Of a DNA stretch of 64,000 nucleotides, positions 57,111 through 64,000 are shown piece after piece; within the stretch, counting starts at the first letter, position 1; every line of letters begins with the position of its first letter. The notes under the pieces are model-generated. The model had not been told where the DNA came from and did no database searches. It worked only from the letters and a program-made list of their open reading frames with translations. Origin of the DNA: a virus (taxonomy: Duplodnaviria > Heunggongvirae > Uroviricota > Caudoviricetes); the IMG/VR virus record IMGVR_UViG_3300026484_000248, positions 34,711 through 98,710 of that record; one strand, 5' to 3'. The translations under genes were made by a program, and so were the position numbers.

Positions 57111-59408
57111 TAGATATAAATCGAATTGCTGGGACATCTTAATAGGTTGTAGATAGGATATTATCTCGAAAGAAGATAACGAACCCTTAAAATTCTACAG
57201 ATAGAGACAATCAGCAGCCAAGCTTCTGTAAAATGAAGAAGGTTCAACGACTATTCCGAAAGGAAGTACACTAGAAGTCTAGTGGAAGTGGTTTACATCC
57301 TAAAAGTTAGGATGAAGATATAGTCTAATCTTTATGGAGACATAAAGCAGAAAAATTAATTAATTTTATAATATAATTATATTATAAAAACTTACTCAGG
57401 AGCAGTAAAAAAAATGAAAAAAGAAGAAATTCAAAGAAACTTATTAGATATTAAAGGAAATTTAAAATTTACTAAATTAAAAAAAGAATATCCTGGGATA
57501 TCCAAAGAAGATTGTTATAAAATCTTCTTTAATAAAACTGGTTTATGTCTAAAAGGACATAAACTAAAATTTATATCTTTTAAACAAGGCTATAGAGAAT
57601 GTAAAGTTTGTCAGGACTTAAATAACTTCTATAGTATTAATAATCTAAAAGAATACAGCAAAAATAACTTATTTACAAGTACGCAAATAAAAAAAATTTT
57701 CGAATATCATAATCTAAGCACAAAAGACATATATTTATGGAATAATAGTAAAAAATATTGCCCTATATGCAACAAAGAAAGAAAGTTTATAAATCAAGTA
57801 GGTTATGCTAAAACTTGTTCAGCTAAATGTGGAGCTAAACTTTTAAGACCAAAATTAAGCCAAGAACAAGAAAAAGAAAGACAGTTAAAGAAACAGAAAA
57901 CTTGTATAGAGAAGTATGGGGTAAAATGTACACTTGAATTAATAGATAATTCAGGCCCAAATAATGCTATGGCCAAAGCAGATTCTATAGGTAATATTAA
58001 GAAAAAGAAAACTATGCTAGAAAGGTATTATGTAGAATATCCTACTCAAAATAAAGATATATTAAAGAAAATTAAAGAAACTAGGAACAAAAACAAAAAG
58101 GATGATACTTTTGGGTATCATCATACTAGGAGACATTTTACTAATATAGGAGATTTTAATGAAGATTTTATAAAAGTAAATTTTATAAAAGAATATTTCC
58201 TTGAAAAGGCTTTTGAGGAATATTTCAATTGTAGTAGGAATACTACTTTAAGAATAAAAAGATTCTTTAATATGTGGGATGAACATTTATCCTTTCCGGA
58301 ACAAATAATTAAAAAACATCTTAAAGATTTTATTAAGACAAAGAAAGTAATACCTCCATATGAAATAGATTTTTATAACGAAAAGTTAAAATTTGGTGTA
58401 GAAGTTCATGGAGACTACTGGCATTCAATAGAATCAGGAACTGATAAAAATTATCATAAAATGAAGTCAGATATGTGCAAAGAAAAGGGAGTTGTCCTTT
58501 ATCAATTTTTCGAAAATGAAATTATAAATGATGAAGATATTGTAGCCTCAATGATCTCGTCTAAGATGGGTAATAATAGAAGGGTGTACGCCAGAAAATG
58601 TATTATAAAAGCGGTAAATGTAAAAGACTCTAAGGATTTTTGTAAGAAAACACATTTGCAAGGTTACGCAAAGTCTAAATTTAAGTTGGGTTTATACTAT
58701 AATAATGAATTAATACAATTAATGACAATAGGTAAACCCAGATACACTAAAGAAGCAGAATATGAAATAATAAGATTTAGTTCGAAATTAAATACCACTG
58801 TAGTGGGGGGATTTTCAAAACTATTAACTTATTTTGAGAGAAAATATAAACCCAAAAATATTATATCTTATGCCAATAGAAGATGGAGCGAAGGAGATGT
58901 GTATGAAAAGACAGGTTTTACTAAAATTAGAATAACTCCTCCTGGTTTTAGGTATTTTAAAGGAGGTAAATACTTTGCAAGGGAAGAGCTTCAAAAACAT
59001 AAATTAGAAGGAAAACTTAATATCTATAATAACAAAATTAGCACTAAAGAAAATATAAAAAATAACGGATACTTAACACTATATGATAGCGGGAATATAG
59101 TATATATAAAAAAAGGAGAAGATATTGAAAGATGATAAACAATATAGACTGAGATTAAAAATACCATTAGTCAACAAATGTACAGAAGATATTAATTTGA
59201 CTATTTTAGTTTCCAGTTTGTTGAAAGAATACAGTAAAAATAAGAATTTAAGAAGCAAGATTTTAAAGAACATAAATAAATAAATATATAAATAAATATA
59301 TAATTTATAATAACATTACTTAATAATACAGAGGAAGTTATAAAAAACGGTCTAAGGTACAATAGTATATTAATTTTTCGGTATTTGTTTAACGAACAAA
59401 TATGAATG
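57111..59408 (+). mobile_element. group I intron 9 (A 57122-57232, B 57241-57360 nearly identical to B1; endonuclease ORF after P9; terminal hairpin ATTTGTTTAACGAACAAAT followed by ATGAATG)
   Basis: Core blocks are present; the 3' end ...TATTTGTTTAACGAACAAATATGAATG is shared with introns 7 and 8. Confidence 0.6.
57414..59135 (+). CDS. intron-encoded homing-endonuclease-like protein of the zinc-ribbon + shared C-terminal module family (third member)
   Basis: It has a CLKGHKLKFISFKQGYRECKVC zinc ribbon, EVHGDYWHS, and the ARKCIIKAVNVKDSKDFCKKTHLQGY...VGGFSKLLTYFERKYKPKNIISYANRRWSEGDVY module, about 45% identical to 8341..10113 and 19646..21274. Confidence 0.6.
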   Translation: MKKEEIQRNLLDIKGNLKFTKLKKEYPGISKEDCYKIFFNKTGLCLKGHKLKFISFKQGYRECKVCQDLNNFYSINNLKEYSKNNLFTSTQIKKIFEYHNLSTKDIYLWNNSKKYCPICNKERKFINQVGYAKTCSAKCGAKLLRPKLSQEQEKERQLKKQKTCIEKYGVKCTLELIDNSGPNNAMAKADSIGNIKKKKTMLERYYVEYPTQNKDILKKIKETRNKNKKDDTFGYHHTRRHFTNIGDFNEDFIKVNFIKEYFLEKAFEEYFNCSRNTTLRIKRFFNMWDEHLSFPEQIIKKHLKDFIKTKKVIPPYEIDFYNEKLKFGVEVHGDYWHSIESGTDKNYHKMKSDMCKEKGVVLYQFFENEIINDEDIVASMISSKMGNNRRVYARKCIIKAVNVKDSKDFCKKTHLQGYAKSKFKLGLYYNNELIQLMTIGKPRYTKEAEYEIIRFSSKLNTTVVGGFSKLLTYFERKYKPKNIISYANRRWSEGDVYEKTGFTKIRITPPGFRYFKGGKYFAREELQKHKLEGKLNIYNNKISTKENIKNNGYLTLYDSGNIVYIKKGEDIER

Positions 59409-59670
59409 TAAATGGTTTGAATTCAATGATGTATATACAAGAAATAGATTTGTTGCTACTATTAAACCTTTCTTAGAAAGTGTTAAAGCTGGTAGAGGAG
59501 TTTATGACTTTTATGTTAGATGTGATGAAACTAATAATACACCACAAATTATTGATGCTAATCAGTTTGTTTGTGATATTGCTGTTAAACCTACAAGAGT
59601 TGCAGAGTTTATTACTCTAAATTTTGTGGCCATAGGAACTGGCGTAGAGTTCAGCGAGATTTTTGTATAA
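59409..59670 (+). CDS. tail sheath protein terminal exon (..KWFEFNDVYTRNRFVATIKPFLESVKAGRGVYDFYVRCDETNNTPQIIDANQFVCDIAVKPTRVAEFITLNFVAIGTGVEFSEIFV*)
   Basis: It has the conserved sheath C-terminal signature (..VKP.R.AEFI.L.FV..G.GV.F); TAA at 59668-59670. Confidence 0.7.
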
Positions 59671-59788
59671 GTAATTATACATTATCTTTACTTAAAAAAA
59701 GGAGGAAAATATTTTCCTCCTAATTAAGTAAAAATCCTATATAATAGGTTATATTAATTATATAAGTTCAAAAGTTTTTCTTCGCGGT

Positions 59789-60010
59789 TTGTACTTTTGG
59801 CTTTATATAAATAATATAAAAGACCGCGAACTTGTCTTATTCCGCAAGGACAAAATTATGAAAATCACAAAACAATACATAACAGAAAACCTTTTAACTA
59901 AAAAGAAAGGCCTAAATGCACAAAAATTAAGAAAATACAATATAACTATATCTATAGAAGAAATATATTGCATATTTAACGATTTGGATTATATTAAAGA
60001 AAAAAAATAA
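59789..60010 (+). pseudogene. truncated duplicate of an endonuclease N-terminal module (73 aa)
   Basis: ITKQYITENLL...IEEIYCIFNDLDYIKEKK duplicates the start of 60099..60899 (ITKQYIENYLIKKNGS... begins in its upstream region). Confidence 0.4.
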
Positions 60011-60098
60011 TATTAAGCAAAAATTCAAAGCTTTTGGTGTAGGTTATATTATCAACCATAAAAATGCAACAGTCACAAAACAATACATAGAAAACTAC

Positions 60099-60899
60099 TT
60101 GATTAAGAAAAATGGGTCGTTAAATCCGAATATAATGAAACAAATTTATACAAGTGCTAAAGATGTGTATCTGATATATTACGATATAGAAGTCCCCAAA
60201 TGTGTATGTGATAAAGAGCTAAGTTTTATTAGTTTCAAAGCAGGGTTTGTTAAACTTTGTAACTCCTGTTCTAGAAAAGACCCAGAAAGAAAAGCCAAAG
60301 TTTTAGAATCCCTAAAGAAAACTAATCTAGAAAGATATGGTGTTGAACATTACTTTAATAAAAAACAAGGCCAAAAAACAAGGATAGAACGATATGGTGA
60401 GCCCTTTTATAACAACCGTGAAAAAGCAGTCAAAACTTGTAAAGATAACGATTTATATGCTAAAGGTAGGCAAAAATTCAAAGATAGTTTAACCGAAGAA
60501 GAATATAAGGAACATTATAAAAAAGTATTTGAAAAAGTTTATGAAACTAAACTAGCTAAATATGGCGATAGGAACTACAACAACTCACTAAGTGGTCAAG
60601 AAGGTAAAAGGAAAACTATGGAATCTCAAGGATTATGGATTCCTCTCGACCAAATATCAGATTGGGAGCTTTATAAAAGAACTGTAAGAAAACAAACAGA
60701 AATTAATTATTCTCTTTATAAAGATAAAATAAACCCAAGTAATTATAATAGAGTTCTTTGTGGGAAAGACGGTCATCAACTCGATCATATTATTTCTGTA
60801 CAAGAAGGATTTTTAAATAATGTTCCTTCTTATATAATAGCTTCAGAAGATAATTTGCAGATGCTTACTTGGTCTGAAAATAGAGCCAAATGGGCATGA
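60099..60899 (+). CDS. HNH homing endonuclease (N-terminal PKCVCDKELSFISFKAGFVKLCNSC zinc ribbon, KYG repeats, C-terminal HNH GHQLDHIISV..NLQMLTWSENRAK)
   Basis: The motifs can be read directly; it lies between the sheath end and the portal gene. Confidence 0.65.
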   Translation: MIKKNGSLNPNIMKQIYTSAKDVYLIYYDIEVPKCVCDKELSFISFKAGFVKLCNSCSRKDPERKAKVLESLKKTNLERYGVEHYFNKKQGQKTRIERYGEPFYNNREKAVKTCKDNDLYAKGRQKFKDSLTEEEYKEHYKKVFEKVYETKLAKYGDRNYNNSLSGQEGKRKTMESQGLWIPLDQISDWELYKRTVRKQTEINYSLYKDKINPSNYNRVLCGKDGHQLDHIISVQEGFLNNVPSYIIASEDNLQMLTWSENRAKWA

Positions 60900-61164
60900 A
60901 GATTATGCCCCTAATTTTTCTATAGGATAAGTATTCACCGTTATAATTATGAAGAATATTTGCCCGCTTTTTCAATAGAGGCTTCTTTTAAGGGTGCTGT
61001 ATATCAAGCATATGTTCTAATGTATAAATTTGTTTAGCAGGGAGTTGTTTGTTGGAGATATTGTGAGGTTTGATGAAGTTAGTAATTGTCTAAGTTTAAT
61101 CCTTTTAAGTTATAATTATAACAAATTAAACTTAGACACACTTTAGAAATTTAAAAAATTTCTA

Positions 61165-61446
61165 TTATTTTTTACTTCTTTTTCTTTTTGGTTCCTCATC
61201 CACTTCTTCAGTAACTTTTAGAGCTGCAACTGGTGCTTCCACCAATAGTTCTTCTTTTGGTTTTTCAATTTTCTTTTCTACTTTTTTAGGAGCAGCTTTT
61301 TTAGGAGCTTTAGCAACTTTAATAGTAACAAATTTATCAGCATTCGCTAAAACAATAGGAGCGTCGTCTTTATATTCTACTCCTGCTATAATTGTTTGGC
61401 TCATTCCATTAAAATAAACCTTTGTATCCATTAGTACTTTTTTCAT
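61165..61446 (-). CDS. hypothetical small protein with Lys/Pro/Ala-rich basic tail
   Basis: It is a 93-aa ORF with a bidirectional late promoter upstream. Confidence 0.35.
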   Translation of the reverse strand: MKKVLMDTKVYFNGMSQTIIAGVEYKDDAPIVLANADKFVTIKVAKAPKKAAPKKVEKKIEKPKEELLVEAPVAALKVTEEVDEEPKRKRSKK

Positions 61447-61475
61447 ATTTAAATCCTCTTTTATTTTTTTTGTTT

Positions 61476-61492
61476 GTATAAATATTTATAAA
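61476..61492. promoter_or_regulatory. bidirectional late promoter GTATAAATATTTATAAA (identical to 7218..7234)
   Basis: It lies between the divergent genes 61165..61446(-) and the portal gene (+). Confidence 0.45.
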
Positions 61493-61508
61493 ATACAAAA
61501 GGTAAAAT

Positions 61509-63038
61509 ATGGCAGATAATAACAAAAATTTACTAATGGAAATGCTTGAAAAGCCTTTCCTAACGAAAAATTCAGATGACAACATTAAATTAACTTCTGA
61601 ACCTCGTATAGATGATATTGAACATTCTTTAGAAGATATGGTGCCCACTGGTTTCTTTGATACTGGTGATACCAACATTTATAGTGGGCAAGGTTCTAAA
61701 AAACAAAAGCAAACTCAATTACAAAATGAGTTAATATCAAGTTACAGAAGAATTGCTTCGACAGCTGAAGTAGCAGACGCCGTTAATGAAATAGTTGATG
61801 AGGCAATTTTTAGTCCAGGTTCTGCTGACATACTTAATATAGATTTTCTACTAGAAACCCCTCAGGAAGTTAAAGACAAATTCGCCGAAGAACTACGCGA
61901 TATTTTAAATAAAGTTAATTTAAGAAAAAATATATATTCTATGTTCTTAACTTTTTATATAGACGGTCAATTAAATATTCATTGTGCATATGATGAGGCT
62001 GACTTAGGTGGGGGCATCAAAAAATTAAATATCTTAAGTCCTTTTGGGTTAAACTTTAATTATTCCAAAGAAAGATGGGAATATGTTGATCTATCACATT
62101 CGCAAAATCAATTTACTACAACTACTAGAAAAGAATCTCGACATTTCGATAGAGAAGAAATTATTAGAATAGATTCAGGTATTTATTCGGATAATGTTAT
62201 TTTGAGTAATCTACATACAGCTATTAAACCGGCAAATATGCTAAGTACACTTGAAGATATGTTAATTCCTATGAGATTTACCCGTTCCGTTTCAAGAAGA
62301 GTTTTTAATGTAGATGTTTCAAATCTTAATAACAAAAAAGCAGAAGAAGTTATGAAGAAAAATCAAGCAAAGTTTAAATACAAAAAATTCTACGATTTAC
62401 AATCCGGAACAATATCCAATCAGCAACATATTAGTTCACTTACTGAAGATTATTGGTTCCCTAATAGGGGTGGTGAAAAAGGAACAACGGTAGATACAAT
62501 AGACGAAACCGGTAATCTAGGTGAATTGGGTGATGTTCTGTATTTTAAAAGAAAACTATATAGTACACTTAAAGTACCTACAAATAGAATTAATGATGAA
62601 GGCCCAGGAGAAGGGGGATTTGATTTTGACACTACTTCTATTAATAGAGAAGAACTTAAATTTTTTAACTTTATATCTAGACTAAGGAACCAATTCCTTG
62701 AATTATTTTATGAATTACTTAAAAGACAAGTAATTACAAAAGGAATTGCTACTGAAGAAGAGTGGGAAGATTTATTAAAAAATATGAAAATTAAATTTGT
62801 TTCTGAGAATAAATTCTTTGAAAAAATGGAAAGAGAGCATATTACAGAATCGTTAAGTTTATATAATGATATTGAAGATATGATAGGAAAATATTTTAGT
62901 CACTCCTATGTATTTAAAAAGGTACTAAAAATGAGTGATGAAGAAATCACTGAGATGAGTGAACAGATAGAACAAGAAAAGAAAGACCCGTTATATGCTA
63001 GGTTTTATAGTGATGGGGACAATGGTGACGGGTGGTAA
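61509..63038 (+). CDS. portal vertex protein, T4 gp20-like
   Basis: ELISSYRRIASTAEVADAVNEIVDEAIFS matches T4 gp20 ([29 protein letters not shown]); its 509 aa compare with 524 aa in T4. Confidence 0.75.
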   Translation: MADNNKNLLMEMLEKPFLTKNSDDNIKLTSEPRIDDIEHSLEDMVPTGFFDTGDTNIYSGQGSKKQKQTQLQNELISSYRRIASTAEVADAVNEIVDEAIFSPGSADILNIDFLLETPQEVKDKFAEELRDILNKVNLRKNIYSMFLTFYIDGQLNIHCAYDEADLGGGIKKLNILSPFGLNFNYSKERWEYVDLSHSQNQFTTTTRKESRHFDREEIIRIDSGIYSDNVILSNLHTAIKPANMLSTLEDMLIPMRFTRSVSRRVFNVDVSNLNNKKAEEVMKKNQAKFKYKKFYDLQSGTISNQQHISSLTEDYWFPNRGGEKGTTVDTIDETGNLGELGDVLYFKRKLYSTLKVPTNRINDEGPGEGGFDFDTTSINREELKFFNFISRLRNQFLELFYELLKRQVITKGIATEEEWEDLLKNMKIKFVSENKFFEKMEREHITESLSLYNDIEDMIGKYFSHSYVFKKVLKMSDEEITEMSEQIEQEKKDPLYARFYSDGDNGDGW

Positions 63039-63103
63039 AAAATAAGTTATAAATAAAAGTATATAAGGGGTTATACTCTTATAATTTTAATTCAAGTGAA
63101 TGT

Positions 63104-64000
63104 TATGACAAAGATAGAAATTCAAAATATTATAAATCCTAGAACTAATAGACTCCAATTATCAAAACTAACAATATCACTAGAAAAGGCTTACTGCATA
63201 TATAATAGTATAGAGACGCCTCCTTTATGTAAATGTGGTAAATCTTTACCTTTTATTAACTTTAAAAGTGGTTATAGAAAAAGTTGTGGTAATAGCAAAT
63301 GCAAAAATAAAAAACTTACAATGGAACCTAAAATATTAACAGATAAAGTTATAAACGAAATATTCAAAGGAAAAGGTTTTAATTATAAGTTGGCTCAAAA
63401 GTACGGTATAACCCAAAAAGATTGTTATGATTATAAGTTTCCTGGTAAAGAGATGTGTTCCTGTTCAACAAAGAAAAAATTTATAAATTTTAAAATAGGT
63501 TACAGACAAGTCTGTAATTGCAAAAAATCAGTGACATTAACTAAAGAGTTTATAATTGAAAATAACGGGGTTATTAATAATAAACTGAATCCCTCTTTTA
63601 TGAGAAAATATGACGTTACTGTAAATGAAGTATATTCAGTGTATAACAATATCTCTATACCCAAATGTCAATGTGGCGAGGAGTGTAAAGTATCTATCTT
63701 TAGTAAAGGACCTTCTTACTATTGTGGCAGGAAAGAATGTAAAAATTCTATATTAACTAGAGATTGGATATTATTTCCTGAAAATATTAATAGAGACTTT
63801 TGGATTAAAAACTTTTCTCAAGATGGATTTATAGATGTTTCTAAAGTTCATGAATATCATAATTTATCTTATACAGGAATTTATTTGAGAATTAAAGAAT
63901 TTAATCTTAAAATTAAAAAAGTAAATAAAGCGGAAGCTTTACTCTTAAACTTAGTGCATGGAGCAGAACTTAATACCAGGAAAATTATTACGCCTTTTGA
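63104..64000 (+). CDS. homing-endonuclease-like protein with four N-terminal Cys4 zinc-ribbon modules (partial, continues beyond window)
   Basis: It has the repeated PLCKCGKSLPFINFKSGYRKSCGNSKC / EMCSCSTKKKFINFKIGYRQVCNCK / PKCQCGEECKVSIFSKGPSYYCGRKEC modules; TATAAATA lies at 63048-63055. Confidence 0.5.

Noticed and set aside
61107-61130. Early-type palindromic motif AAGTTATAATTATAACAA downstream of 60099..60899
   Set aside because: No gene start lies within a reasonable distance on either strand (the nearest is about 35 nt from the 3' end of a minus gene and about 380 nt from the portal gene); function as a promoter is unassignable, and it may be a terminator-proximal or orphan copy of the palindrome.

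Overview
This window is a strongly AT-rich segment of a T4-like myovirus genome. The T4-like assignment rests on homologs of T4 gp19 tail tube (two paralogs), gp18 sheath N- and C-termini, gp13 neck and gp20 portal, plus Dda, endonuclease VII, a T4-type DNA ligase and NrdA/NrdB. It also rests on TATAAATA late-promoter motifs before structural genes and palindromic TGTTATAAT early-type promoters before replication and metabolism genes. The style resembles the AT-rich, homing-endonuclease-rich T4-like phages of Campylobacter, but the host cannot be determined from sequence alone.

Layout: tail and baseplate genes occupy 1-12 kb. A long minus-strand block of early-type genes (12-42 kb) carries nrdA/nrdB, ClpP with an M17 aminopeptidase, a GGDEF protein, DNA ligase, a five-member 'PEYFI' small-protein family, an SPFH protein, an HD (p)ppGpp-hydrolase-like protein, RNase HII, endonuclease VII, a large P-loop NTPase and Dda. 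After that come neck, sheath and portal genes (43-63 kb).

The window is dominated by selfish genetic elements. (1) The tail sheath gene (46218-59670) is broken into about 9-10 exons by nine copies of one group I intron family, recognisable by P3-P6-like and P7-P9-like conserved blocks; several carry homing-endonuclease ORFs in different positions and orientations, and two introns appear nested or adjacent to others. (2) nrdA is a fractured gene encoded as three separately translated pieces. Intein 1 sits before the catalytic Cys of the SNL|CTEI motif and is itself split by a free-standing endonuclease gene. Intein 2 (APTA|...|TSG site) lies in three pieces. (3) At least 13 homing-endonuclease-like genes or remnants occur in 64 kb. 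These are HNH+NUMOD-like enzymes and a family with N-terminal zinc-ribbon repeats and a shared, unclassified C-terminal module; one of them separates two diverged tail tube paralogs.

Other notable items: a tRNA-like gene with an apparent UUA anticodon inside a ~1 kb GC-elevated, hairpin-rich non-coding island driven by an early promoter; a tape-measure-like protein with an M15 peptidase motif and a LysM domain; tandem in-frame duplications inside endonuclease genes; and a 310-bp tandem repeat inside an intron. Exact splice junctions, intein boundaries and the tRNA identity need computational folding or RNA data; coordinates for exons and introns are approximate (about +/-10 nt).
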